This document shows, piece after piece, positions 54,401 to 63,325 of a DNA stretch of 64,000 bases. This DNA comes from a virus. Its lineage: Duplodnaviria > Caudoviricetes. The stretch covers positions 128,001-192,000 of IMG/VR virus record IMGVR_UViG_3300033273_000833; one strand, given 5' to 3'. Made by a program: the position numbers and the translations under genes. Every line of letters starts with the position of its first letter. The stretch's first letter is position 1. The notes under the pieces are model-generated. The model saw nothing but the letters and a program-made list of their open reading frames with translations, had not been told where the DNA came from and searched no databases.

Positions 54401-54463
54401 TCCAGAAACTTCGTAATGTTCTAGGAAAAACTTTTGTTCGTAATTGAAATTGGCTCCATTCAT
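48452..54463 (-). CDS. Giant virion protein: tube/hub-like N-terminal domain plus about 17 fibronectin type III repeats
   Basis: Repeating P..P....(S/T)F...W......Y....S......(I/V).(G/N)L..GT.YY.R.RA.N..G.S..S units. Confidence 0.88.
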   Translation of the reverse strand: MNGANFNYEQKFFLEHYEVSGVTSIDGGYQINEEPLNVLGHGYFDSLVNAPLQGNFSIERSLITRDPLLNYTGECGFNGGIYYNGTSFDFVSGYLEEYSVSCSVGAIPNVSSQIVVFGNIGGKSRTVEKNAVKNYNSTLDHTEVGLFKNLLETGILTTGITTDPGVIKLDAKDWIDFNWISQDGDHPIPADPVLFPEEEGDIIQIPDQGSIHVSGFGTETNRVQSFTYSLSTPREPVYVVGRDRPVEVQAIPPYEVNAEIVLHIDDYEAKNVFDYLIQQTSPHKKDLTILVKNSDNTSVIGSYNIPNARLLAENITASANEQLEISLSYKGYYNFLDESIISGKLTGDFEVPPVTEIKECKEPTMPVYIPQAKLPTNHQQECLTLNWKGHIIDHEYEIDVSKEDPYFNINNKVLDRMPFQGDSNEQILHSYELCGLEAGTVYYYRIRSKNENGEISDWSNVVETITIPADPIITGFSDCQDTPSFGFRLNWTNSKGSNHYLIDLSDDPNFDNLVLDSYLVTQNSYLIQELEAGTNFYSRVRAVNNSGSSSNSAISKTQSRPPKPTNITFSNILETEFMLSWDPSKLNDGYMVSVYPSGSSTPLSQYNRKRTDHTSMEVTGLNKGGTYSVVLHVENDCGETSGTSPETITLIPDKVKNITADTCTLYGFKLSWPDLDGTSQYEIQYTNSIDSNGFPIYNTTKTSSTNSYVISNLLAGTRYWYRVRAINATGSGDYSDDKYKVTIPPPPLLIESPTTEQTSILIKWNDVDGAESYEVDVSLESNNFNPNLINYNSKSVNNNSLKVVGLTAGQNYIYRIRAVNDCGISENSITGSDCTAPPTPTNVRTSSATPNSFNVLWNSAGSGIKYIFDLSKSETMSPLIDNYAGIELSNTSISLSNLQEKTEYYFRVRSSNGDCGKSPYSSIASLITPSKSSLKGLNPPSNCTYYGFTASWGEDPNSTEYEFNLSTDINFSSFIGSYNTSFRTSSSSLDITNLTAGTKYYYRIKAYNQYGSSEYSDPESVQMAPSAPTITTDNITADSFQISLSEPNSVISYEVDISTSSTFSSFIDDFQSKETTDTTISVNGLSSNTRYYIRARAKNLGCGLSLNSSSVNVLTASMPSTPAGLSSANCSYYGITASWNAAANASEYNLVLSEDPNFSFFEGGYTQGFLTSSTSEVITNLDPGKKYHYKVRSKNSFGYSEYSPSKNFLTFPQTPSLNINSTSIDSVSLSWNSVQSASNYIIFYRKDGVSTYSEISTTDTAYTINGLDSDQKYFIYIKSENDGCGESQASSVQDFTTKSLASSVVGLSKVDCFLGGFEVDWTATSSADYYRVNLYINANLITFVNSYQNSVKFNNLLDGTQYRVTVQAGNEYGLSSESSPLYVTTKPAAPSNLSISSFSDTSITATWDSSASANQYIVDISTNPNFSSVLESVTTALTSTTFTTGIQQDSNYYIRVSASNSSCGEGAKSSSISLTTNSSAPSAVTGIETSNCNYTDTSFGFTLDWIASQNATSYEVNLSTSSSFSSFVNGFDTSHSTASTSIVFTGLLGGTTYYFRIKAKNKDSETSYSNSEYIITIPNEVSNFRYTDIGCDNCADIAWDSSTGVNGYKLYVATDSSFTDTIADYGHKEISQSDTTHEICNLSKGTTYYVKIVPYNDCGEGSASEIIIITPPEVPTTRISSQIAATSFTASWSYPDGVSYFKFYLSEVSDFSTVLASYDGIDVFTNNISVDGLTQNVYYSKVEAYNSLDLTCGASSVQTTTLIVSSPTATAATNNNVDCSETGHTFSATAASFTINWNAQAGASGYYIDLSENSDFSTFSSVQDSGGSEIYLENYEVSGGSSNSLDIKNLSTGTLYYYRVRSYNAEGDSLSSNIITVLTKPFRPGFTVSNGASGAGITLNFISTFSENTSNSSTTVSKYTIRVYTDENLNNLYFEDDFESNSVNLSSLSPGAQYYAIGVAENESGESCESAVFDFSSSKALLQQDESPILQQNSGIILLEDNN

Positions 54464-54478
54464 TACTTATTATATGTA

Positions 54479-57400
54479 TTATTTATTATTTTTCTGCAAG
54501 ACTCCACCTAATCTTTGTTGATCTGTTAAAATTTTAATAACAGCTTCTTCAATTTGTTTGGCTATACTATCTGCCTTGCCGTCAACGCTTCTGTTTACGC
54601 CGTTAGCTGTTTGCATATCATCGCTACCGCCTTCATATGTTGAGTTAGAGTTGCCTTTATTGTCAACTGTAACATTGATGTTAATATTACCTACGCCACC
54701 CCCAGAACCTCCACTGGACGTTTTAAATCCTCCGCCTCCTCCTGATGGTTTAGATTGTACAGCTAATAATATTTGTGATAATAAATCATTTTGTATTGTA
54801 GCTTGATCTACAAAATTAGAATTGTTTGAAATATTTGATACATTAGAAGAATTTTTTATGGATGATGAACTTGAGCTGGATGAATTATTTATTTCAGTAG
54901 ATTCAGATGTTTGGCGTTTATCAATTATATTTTGTACGCTATTAGATATCTCTTGAGAGATAGTAGTATTTTGATTTTTAATTTCTTCTAAAATTGATTG
55001 TAATATAGCAGATTGGTTTGTGTTGGGGTCAGAAGCTTCTCCTGTAGTTACGTTATTGGTAGTTTTTGATTCTATCGTCTCTTTTAATGTTTGAGTTTCG
55101 CTGCGAGTTGACTCCGCAGTCTCTCCCTGCATTATTAAAGTGTCTAGTATTTGCTGCAATAATTCTGATTGAGAGTCTATGTTGCTGCCTGCAGGCATTG
55201 ATATGTTTTTGCCTACAACCCCACCTCTGTTTAACCTTTGAGCATTGATACTGTTGAAGAAAGATAGTCCATGTTTTTTGACTGCATCTTTATTGATGAC
55301 AAATTCTCCTCCAGTCAAGAGTGTTGGGACATTTTTATCTGCTTCTCCACTTGGTCTAGTAACTTTGCCCCCAACGGCAAAACCAGTTAATCTTCGTTGG
55401 ACGTTATTAATTACTCCTGTAGCTCCAGATTTTGTTTTAGTTTCTGCTAAACCAGCTGCATTATTAGATAGTGGTGCCATATTTTGACCTAGCATAGCTG
55501 TTCCAGCTGAAGTGTTCCAGGAGGTGTTTTGCGAAGAAATTATACCTCCCACTGTCCCACCGCCGCCAATATCTTGAGCAAAGTTTGGAGTCTGAAATCC
55601 ACCAAAGAAACCAGAGCTTTGAGAGGCTATACCTAGTGAATTTACTTGGAAGCCAGAACCTGCAAATCTAGAATTGGCTGCATTACCCCCTCTTGAGAAT
55701 AAATTTTTAGTAAAACTGGTTGAGCCTCTTGTAGAACCTCCTGGGTTTTGACCTCCTCCAGTAAACGCTACATAAGCCTGAGGGTTACTAATTCCGTTCA
55801 TTGCAAAACGAGAACTAGCCTTGGCCATGTTTGGCATTCCTCCTGACATATAAACGTCTCCAGCATTAATGCCCATCTCACTCATTACGGCTCCAGAGTG
55901 TTTTTGAAAAGTTTCTGGTCTTAAGGGGCCTGTTGGTACGTTTGCCTCAGCTCTTACTCCTTGTTCTAAGCCCATTGTGTTTGATGCTTTTGCTATTTGG
56001 GTACTTTGAACTGCGCTCTGTATTTGAGACATCCCAAAACTAATTGCTGCGCCTATTAAGGCTTGTTTTATGGCATTTTTAATAGCCTTTCTTCGCTGCT
56101 CTCTATATTTTCTTAAAGCTTCAACATTTCTATCGTAAGCGCCAACTGCATCAAGAGCTTGCTGTTTAGCTTGCATAACCTCATCAGCAACGGGACCGCT
56201 AATTAAACCAAGTCCAGATAATTTAGCGCTTTCATCTTCGAGCTGCATATTTATTCCACGACCAGGTATAGCTTGGCCATAATCATCGACAGCTCCTGTA
56301 GAAGAAATCACATCTCTAGCTCCTGAGGTTCCTGTTTGTCTGGCAAATGACATTAAGTTATCTCTACCTTCAATGTTACCCGCTTCAAAAGTTCCTGCTT
56401 GACCAAAAGATGATACTAAAAATCCGCCTTCACCAGTTTGAGCCTCTAATTCTCTTGTAGGATCTGCAGGCCCAACTGTACCCCCTTGGTTTCTTTGCTT
56501 AACTGTGCCTGAGTTGATGGCTGTTAAAAAATCTTTTCCATATTTATTGACTGCAGATTTACGAATAACATATTCTCCACTATTCAACATTGCTGGAACG
56601 TCATCTTTTGTACCGCTACCTCCGTAAACTTCACCCCCGTCACTTCTTCTCACTACTCCTCCTTTAGAAAATAATTTAAAACTATTACCCATTGTAGCTC
56701 CTATTCCAGTGTTAATGGCTCCTAGAATTTGATCGGCTAATCTTCTTTGTATGGCTTGGTTTAAAGTATTTAAAAAAGATAGAGCGACATCTTGGAATGC
56801 ATCCCCCCAGGATTTTATTCCTGCTCCAGCTTCAGTTAGAGCTTTTGCCATATTGTCGGCGAATGTTCTTGGCAAATCTCTGCCTAGGGTTTCGTAAAAT
56901 GTCGTTTCGCTAGTTTTTACGGCACTATCATTTAAGGCAACCCCTGAAAGGAAAGCCTCTCTTTTTCCCATTGGAGTGAAGCCTCCTGCCTGCATAGATG
57001 CTCTAGCTGTAGGACTAGATATGTCATACTGTTTTTGTAGGTCTAGCATTCCTCGTGCATAACCAGTTGAGTCTCCTTTTAGCTGCATTTTCCTCAAACT
57101 CTCTACAGTATTTTCTGTTTCATTCTTAAGTTTTGAAAAAACGTTGGTACTTTTTCTGATGTTTTCTCTTTCTTTTTCTCTGTCTAAAACTCCTTCTTTA
57201 ATTATTTCCGCTTCCTTCATTTTATCTTGAGCTAATTGACTCATGTTAGTGGTCAATTGCACTGCTTGATTAGATAGATCAGGGAAATCATTAGCTAAAG
57301 AGTCAAACTTATCTTGTATTTCACCTAAAGGTAAATCGCTTAAATCTCCTGCAGCCTCAGAAAAGCCAGGGCTTGTTCCTGCAAGTTTAATAAGTTGCTG

Positions 57401-60400
57401 TTTTAAAAGACCTCCAACCTCTTCGTGTATTCCTTTTTGTGATTGAGATAACTCTCCTGAAGGCGGAAGCTTACCAAAAATTTGAGAAAGTCTATTGTTT
57501 AAATTAGCTCCTTGATTAACTTCTGTTGAATCGTTTGAAATATCTGAAAGAGGCTTATTAAAATCTATAATTCTTTGTTGCTTGCGCAGGTTTGAAATTT
57601 CACTGTTTAGTGCAGAAATTTCACTGTCAAAATCTTCTAATGTTTTTGTGTTTTCTTTTGTAGCCTTATCTTCAGAAATTGACTTTTGTTGTTGGTTCCA
57701 ATCTGCAAAAGCTAAACTTAAATCTCCTGGTTGAGAAAAGTTTCTTTGATTTTGTGATATAGCTTTCATTATTGGGTTTTGTCCTGAAAATTTATTTCCA
57801 TAACCAAGGGCGCTAATAAAATCTACTTGAGGCAATTGTTTTTGCGCTACTTTATTTACTGTTTTACTATTTGAGGCTAATTTTTCTTCAGCCTGTTTTG
57901 CCATTTCTAATGCAACTTTATCATTTTGCAGCTTTTTTATTTGAGACTCTTTATTTTTAATTTCATCAGATATTTCGGAGGAAGATTTACTTGGGTAAGG
58001 CCCATCTTCTGTTTTGTATGGCCCGCCTGATAGAACGTTTACTAGGTCGCGGTTTGTTTTTTCAAGATCGTAGATAGATTTCTCTAAGGTTTTATTTGCA
58101 GATATCAATCTATCCTGGATAGCTTGGTCTTTAAGCATGTTTGTAAAGATTTTTTCTGATTCTAGAGCTATGTTGACTTTTAGATTTTTTAAATCTTCTT
58201 TAGCTAGTAAATCTTGTTTTTGCAGATTAAGTAATTCTTGAGCTCCTTCACCTACTGCAGGGAATGGAGTGTTAAACCTTCTTTCAATTGCTCCTTTGGT
58301 TCTAATATTAGATATATCTTGCTCGAATTGTTGTTTAGAAATTTCATTTAATCTCTTCTGTATTTGAGAATTTAATTGCTGCATCAGGCCAGACCTTTTT
58401 GCGTTTATAAGCTTTATTTGTTCATCTACTTCGGCTTGGTCTTTCTGTATTTGAAGATCAGCATCTAGAAGAGCGTTTTTATCTTTGTAGCCATCAATCA
58501 AGCCTCTGATTTGACTTAATAGCTCTCGACCTTCTGAAAGTGATCCTTCTAACCCAAGCAGAGTCTCTAATTTTTCGGGAGAATCTACAAGAGTCTCAAC
58601 TATTTCACTGTTTGCGTTTTCAATTAAATTAGCAAATTTTTCTATGTTATCTTGAGTTGCGCCCTGTGCTCTAATTTTTTTCAAGACATCTGTTAGTAAT
58701 TTTTGTCGAACAGATTCTAGGTTTTCTGATTTAGCAAGACTGTTAGCTGCTTGAGCTTGGGTTTTTTCAAATTCTGTTTCAAGCTTTATTCTGTTGCTGA
58801 CGGATTGATTTAAAGATTTATATTGTAGGGCGTATTTATTTATTTCTTGTTTAATTTTTAAATTACTTCTTAGGAATTTAAAGGCTGTAGCACTTTTATT
58901 TGCTGCATCTTTAATGTTTCTTTCAAGCTGCAAAAAAGCATTAAGCGTATTTACTTCAACAACACCCGTCTCTTCCGTAATCTTTGTGGTTTTTTTGGCT
59001 TGTTCGGCTTGTTTGAGTATTTCTTCTTTAAATTTAGAAAAATTTTCATCTTTAGCTATTTTTTCAACTATAGTTTTTAGATCATTAAACTCTTGACTTG
59101 TTTCGTCTAAACCTGTATTTAGGATACTTGTGAGTTTCGTAACGTATTTGTCTGTGATTTCATTGCCTTTATCACCTGGACCAAATACAAATTCAGGCTC
59201 CCTTGACGGGGATTCCAGGGCTTTCAGTTTTGAAATCTTATCTTGATCTGAGAAAATATCACTGAGTTGAGATATGGCTTTGTTCTGTCCTGATTTCCCT
59301 AAGACTTTAGATACTGCTTCAAGAGACTCTCTCGTGGAAAGGCCTGACGTTTTCGAAGCTTGAGCTTTTTCGAAATCTTTTATGATTTCTTTCATTCTGT
59401 TAATACTAACTGGCCCAGCCATACTTTCCATTTCGAGCTGCTCTCCAACGGTTCTATTATTGACTAATACTCCTTGCTTAGATGTGCTTTTGATAATATC
59501 TTGCAGTTTTTTGGCTATTTCCGTGGAGCTTAACCCTTGGGTATTTTGTATTTTTTCTAGCTGACCTATGGTATTATTTAATTCAGTTTGAATGGCTACG
59601 GATTGCTGTACGGCTTCGCTAAGTTCTTCTTGCGTTAATTCTGATTTGCCTAGTGCAGAAATTAAACCTCCTGCTCCTCCAATTGCAGCTCCAACGGCGG
59701 AGCCTACAGCTGTACCTATTACAGGAACAATACTGCCTATAGCTCCTCCCAATAAAGCACCACTTGACATTCCTGTTGTGATGCTTCCTGCCGCGCTACT
59801 TAAAACTCTTTGGGAACCAGTCATTGATGTCCTATCTCCACCAAAAGCTTGACTTAATCCTTGATCAATTAGTCCTCCAGCCATTGGCAAACCTATTGTT
59901 GCGCCGAACCCTTGAGTAAAGTTTCCAAAACCTCTTACTCCTCTAGCAAAAGTTCCTTGAGATTGCTGGAAGCGATTAAGTCTGCTGCCTATCAGCCCTT
60001 CTTCCCCAAAACCAAATCTCCCAGATCTTCTTTCTAGGGGGTCATTGCCTCCTAACTTTCTTGCTGCATCAATTTGTTTGATAGCTTCATCTGTTTCTTT
60101 TCTTGAAAAATTAAGCTGCCTCAAAGCTTCTGCTGTTTGTTCTTTTGATAAGCCTTTTTCTTTAAGCTTAGCCATTACGGTTTCTTTATTTAAACCTTTA
60201 ACAACTCCAGTTTGTTGTTGAGCATATTTTTTGTGTTCAGCTACGAATTTTTCCATCTCTTGGTTTAACTTGACTCCAGTGCTTTTTATGTTTTCAAAAG
60301 TGTCGCTAACTTTTTTGCTTGCAAATTTACTTTCATCAAAACCTGGTAATTTATTTTTGGCAAAATTTGGTACATCTTTCATGCCTCTTGGCTCATCTCT

Positions 60401-63301
60401 TGTATTAGTTACCGCAAGACCCATTGGGTTATTTGAGCTTTTAAGTCTATTGCTTTGATTAACTCTTATTTTGGAAACGGGAACGCCAGCATCTTTTTCT
60501 CTTTGTATTGCTTCGATCAATGGGTGATCTTTTGCAAAACTCGGAATGAATCCTGATGAAGCTGTTTGTCCTATCTGAGCTAAATATTTAGCTTTATTAT
60601 CGTTGAATATTTTTTTAGCCATACTGTTTACTGTAGCTAAACTGTCTGACGCTTTAAAGTCCATCCGAGACACTGTTCCTGGAATACCAAAAAGATTTCT
60701 TACTTTTTGCATTGATCCTGGGCTTTTTTTTGTATTGCTTAAATTAACATCAAAGTCTCCCCTGCCTCTTTCTGCCGACATGGCGCTATCTATGCCGTAT
60801 GCTTGAGCTACTGCAGCTTCAAATGCAGCACCAACAGCAGCTCCTATCGCGCCTTTACCTCCTGGCGTTGATTCTAACTTCTTTTTAATAGTTGGAGCAT
60901 TGACGCCCTTAGCTCCTGTGGGTTTTATGGCATTAGAGAATTGAGCAGAAGATTGAAAAATGCTTTGGCTAACGCTATCTTCAAGGGCGCTTTCTTGTGG
61001 GTCTGTTACATTGTCTCCAGCAGGGCTTTGTGGCCCAGCTACCAAAAGATTATTCATTGTGTAGCCAAGCTTGCCTTTAACTCCTCCAGCGCTAAACTGA
61101 CCAACTTGACCTGTTATATAAGAGGGAGGACGATTGATGTTTGGAACTAATACAGCATATCCAGAGCCATCCATCATAATTCTTTGTTTGCTTTGTCTGG
61201 CAGCTTCTGCAGCAAGATCTCTATCTCCTGTGCGGCTACCTCCCATAATTCCTTCTAATTCTTCTTTAGAATAGCCACCCTCTTGAACCCATTTTGTATT
61301 TGTGGTTATTTTTGGTTTATTACTAGGATCGAATCCAGGTGAATTCACAAACGATTTAAAATCTTCCAGGTTAGAGAATTGACTGAGTGTATTTTTTCTC
61401 GCAAAATTAGGTATGAATCCTTTATTAGCGTATGGATCAAAGCCATACATTTCCATTGTTTTTTGACGATGATTTTTACCTGCTCTAGAGTCTAGCGGCG
61501 GATTTATGAAAGGGTCTTGGAATCCTGGAACTTTTTTCACTTTTTCAGCAGTGTTGTATATAACCATTTGCCCACTTGGCATATCCATGCTCTTGACAGA
61601 GCCTGGAGCATAACCTCCTGCAATAGCACCGTTCCTTTCTCTTTGTTTAGCATTGAAATTAGGTATGTATCCCGACGCACTTCTTCTTGCTCCGCGCTCA
61701 GGTATGATTAGACTTTCATTAGCTCCAACGTTAACAGCTACCCTCGAAAGGTGTTGAGCTAACTTAACTTGCTCTCGTTGAGCTGCTGTCTGCTTAATAA
61801 TTAAATCTAATATAACCTGCTCTTGCTGTCTTTTGGTTTGACCTTGACCTATTAAGGAGCCTACAACTTCGTGATTGCTTCTTAATAAATTTAAAATACT
61901 TTCTTGTACGGCTTTTTGTTTTTGAGCCTCTGATGTCATGCCCATGAAATTAGCAATACTGGTTCTGGCAAACTTAGCGACATCTACGAAAAGCTTACCA
62001 ACAAGACCCAAAATCAAGACTGCTCCTGGACCAGAAATCACATTACCTAACCCTTTAAGGAAACCATTTGCAAAAGTACTACCTATCGAATCTCCGTCTA
62101 AAACGTTAGAGATTCCATCAGCTAGCCCATTTACAGCTTTTAATATTTTTTCAATTCCTGGACCGACTGTAATTGATCCAATTTGTTCGGCTAGTTTTTG
62201 TAAACTGAGCCCTGTCTTAGTTAGTAGTGCATCTAAAGTTTTATTTAGTTGTTCATTTTTCTTTACGGCTTCATCTGTTGCGTTTGATGATATTTGAATT
62301 GCTCTAGCTGTAATGCTATTTTCTTTACCCAAGTCACGCATTGCTGCTTTCAATGTATTGATTTGAAACATTCCACCAACTAATTGTGCAATATTGGATT
62401 GTTGTGATTGCGACAAGGTGTCGTATGTTTTAGCTAAATTTTCAAGAATTTTGATGGCTGGAATAACATTACCCTGCATATCCTTAACTGCTACTCCTAG
62501 CATTTCTAGCTGTTCAATGGTTTGAGGCCTTTGTATTCTTGTAAAAATTGTTTTAAACGAGTTACCAATAACAGCGCCACCTCTAGCGGTAATTTGCTGA
62601 GCTGCTGTAATCGCGCCTATCAATTGATCAATATTCATTCCCGCATCTTGAGCAACTGCAGATGCTCTGGATAAACCGTCTATTAAGTCTTCGGAGCTAA
62701 CGGCAAAAGCCATATCAACAGCGGCAAGTTTATTCATTATGTTCGCTGTAGTTAAGCCAGCTTCTCCAAAAGCATTAATTGCAGCAGTCAGACCTTTAAC
62801 TGAATCAGCTGCCTTCATTCCAGTCAATCTAGTTAAAACAAGAGCGTCGCTTGTCCTCTTTAGCGTTTCTTCCATAGATAAACCTTGTCGAGCAAATTCC
62901 GTGGCGGCGCTAGCTACTGAATCAAAACTTTGTGCTGTATTTTTTGCTATTTTAAATAAACTATTACCAAACTTATCTAAGTTCTTGGAACTAGTTCCCA
63001 TAACTACATTAATGTCCGCAAGAGCTTTCTCTACTTTAATTGTCTGTACGACAAGTTGAGAAAAAGCATTTTTAACAGAATCAATAACTGCGACTGAGGC
63101 ACCAAAGGCTACAACGCGAGCATTAGAAGCTTCGATTGATTTAGTAAATTCATCGGCAGCGCCAGTTATTCTTCCTAGCGGTTGAGTAAAAGAACGATCA
63201 TCAACATTTATTTTTAAAGGCTTACGATTAAACTGATCCATAGCCTTTTGTATGGACCGCTCTAAACCAACTTGCTCTACTGGAAGTTTAAAAGTACTCA
63301 T
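54479..63301 (-). CDS. Tail tape measure protein (2940 aa)
   Basis: TP901-type core (FARQGL...L...AVSSEDL...ARGGAVIGNSFKTIF), long helical repeats, two DDVPAML..GE.VI motifs. Confidence 0.93.
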   Translation of the reverse strand: MSTFKLPVEQVGLERSIQKAMDQFNRKPLKINVDDRSFTQPLGRITGAADEFTKSIEASNARVVAFGASVAVIDSVKNAFSQLVVQTIKVEKALADINVVMGTSSKNLDKFGNSLFKIAKNTAQSFDSVASAATEFARQGLSMEETLKRTSDALVLTRLTGMKAADSVKGLTAAINAFGEAGLTTANIMNKLAAVDMAFAVSSEDLIDGLSRASAVAQDAGMNIDQLIGAITAAQQITARGGAVIGNSFKTIFTRIQRPQTIEQLEMLGVAVKDMQGNVIPAIKILENLAKTYDTLSQSQQSNIAQLVGGMFQINTLKAAMRDLGKENSITARAIQISSNATDEAVKKNEQLNKTLDALLTKTGLSLQKLAEQIGSITVGPGIEKILKAVNGLADGISNVLDGDSIGSTFANGFLKGLGNVISGPGAVLILGLVGKLFVDVAKFARTSIANFMGMTSEAQKQKAVQESILNLLRSNHEVVGSLIGQGQTKRQQEQVILDLIIKQTAAQREQVKLAQHLSRVAVNVGANESLIIPERGARRSASGYIPNFNAKQRERNGAIAGGYAPGSVKSMDMPSGQMVIYNTAEKVKKVPGFQDPFINPPLDSRAGKNHRQKTMEMYGFDPYANKGFIPNFARKNTLSQFSNLEDFKSFVNSPGFDPSNKPKITTNTKWVQEGGYSKEELEGIMGGSRTGDRDLAAEAARQSKQRIMMDGSGYAVLVPNINRPPSYITGQVGQFSAGGVKGKLGYTMNNLLVAGPQSPAGDNVTDPQESALEDSVSQSIFQSSAQFSNAIKPTGAKGVNAPTIKKKLESTPGGKGAIGAAVGAAFEAAVAQAYGIDSAMSAERGRGDFDVNLSNTKKSPGSMQKVRNLFGIPGTVSRMDFKASDSLATVNSMAKKIFNDNKAKYLAQIGQTASSGFIPSFAKDHPLIEAIQREKDAGVPVSKIRVNQSNRLKSSNNPMGLAVTNTRDEPRGMKDVPNFAKNKLPGFDESKFASKKVSDTFENIKSTGVKLNQEMEKFVAEHKKYAQQQTGVVKGLNKETVMAKLKEKGLSKEQTAEALRQLNFSRKETDEAIKQIDAARKLGGNDPLERRSGRFGFGEEGLIGSRLNRFQQSQGTFARGVRGFGNFTQGFGATIGLPMAGGLIDQGLSQAFGGDRTSMTGSQRVLSSAAGSITTGMSSGALLGGAIGSIVPVIGTAVGSAVGAAIGGAGGLISALGKSELTQEELSEAVQQSVAIQTELNNTIGQLEKIQNTQGLSSTEIAKKLQDIIKSTSKQGVLVNNRTVGEQLEMESMAGPVSINRMKEIIKDFEKAQASKTSGLSTRESLEAVSKVLGKSGQNKAISQLSDIFSDQDKISKLKALESPSREPEFVFGPGDKGNEITDKYVTKLTSILNTGLDETSQEFNDLKTIVEKIAKDENFSKFKEEILKQAEQAKKTTKITEETGVVEVNTLNAFLQLERNIKDAANKSATAFKFLRSNLKIKQEINKYALQYKSLNQSVSNRIKLETEFEKTQAQAANSLAKSENLESVRQKLLTDVLKKIRAQGATQDNIEKFANLIENANSEIVETLVDSPEKLETLLGLEGSLSEGRELLSQIRGLIDGYKDKNALLDADLQIQKDQAEVDEQIKLINAKRSGLMQQLNSQIQKRLNEISKQQFEQDISNIRTKGAIERRFNTPFPAVGEGAQELLNLQKQDLLAKEDLKNLKVNIALESEKIFTNMLKDQAIQDRLISANKTLEKSIYDLEKTNRDLVNVLSGGPYKTEDGPYPSKSSSEISDEIKNKESQIKKLQNDKVALEMAKQAEEKLASNSKTVNKVAQKQLPQVDFISALGYGNKFSGQNPIMKAISQNQRNFSQPGDLSLAFADWNQQQKSISEDKATKENTKTLEDFDSEISALNSEISNLRKQQRIIDFNKPLSDISNDSTEVNQGANLNNRLSQIFGKLPPSGELSQSQKGIHEEVGGLLKQQLIKLAGTSPGFSEAAGDLSDLPLGEIQDKFDSLANDFPDLSNQAVQLTTNMSQLAQDKMKEAEIIKEGVLDREKERENIRKSTNVFSKLKNETENTVESLRKMQLKGDSTGYARGMLDLQKQYDISSPTARASMQAGGFTPMGKREAFLSGVALNDSAVKTSETTFYETLGRDLPRTFADNMAKALTEAGAGIKSWGDAFQDVALSFLNTLNQAIQRRLADQILGAINTGIGATMGNSFKLFSKGGVVRRSDGGEVYGGSGTKDDVPAMLNSGEYVIRKSAVNKYGKDFLTAINSGTVKQRNQGGTVGPADPTRELEAQTGEGGFLVSSFGQAGTFEAGNIEGRDNLMSFARQTGTSGARDVISSTGAVDDYGQAIPGRGINMQLEDESAKLSGLGLISGPVADEVMQAKQQALDAVGAYDRNVEALRKYREQRRKAIKNAIKQALIGAAISFGMSQIQSAVQSTQIAKASNTMGLEQGVRAEANVPTGPLRPETFQKHSGAVMSEMGINAGDVYMSGGMPNMAKASSRFAMNGISNPQAYVAFTGGGQNPGGSTRGSTSFTKNLFSRGGNAANSRFAGSGFQVNSLGIASQSSGFFGGFQTPNFAQDIGGGGTVGGIISSQNTSWNTSAGTAMLGQNMAPLSNNAAGLAETKTKSGATGVINNVQRRLTGFAVGGKVTRPSGEADKNVPTLLTGGEFVINKDAVKKHGLSFFNSINAQRLNRGGVVGKNISMPAGSNIDSQSELLQQILDTLIMQGETAESTRSETQTLKETIESKTTNNVTTGEASDPNTNQSAILQSILEEIKNQNTTISQEISNSVQNIIDKRQTSESTEINNSSSSSSSSIKNSSNVSNISNNSNFVDQATIQNDLLSQILLAVQSKPSGGGGGFKTSSGGSGGGVGNININVTVDNKGNSNSTYEGGSDDMQTANGVNRSVDGKADSIAKQIEEAVIKILTDQQRLGGVLQKNNK

Positions 63302-63325
63302 TGTTCATGAGTATTTACACTAATA

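Larger units (their letters stand above)
2821..63320. promoter_or_regulatory. Set of putative late promoters, GTGTAA (variant GTGTAT) just upstream of start codons
   Basis: + strand at 2821, 6085, 24536, 27894, 28647 (GTGTAT), 34776, 36751, 41166; - strand (TTACAC) at 26628, 27886, 43620, 45811, 48444, 63315; seven have exactly 8 nt to the start codon. Confidence 0.8.

Noticed and set aside
54558-63059. Many short plus-strand ORFs opposite the tape measure, and similar shadows opposite rIIA, DUF932 and fibre genes
   Set aside because: Antisense or alternative-frame shadows of long real genes, without expression signals
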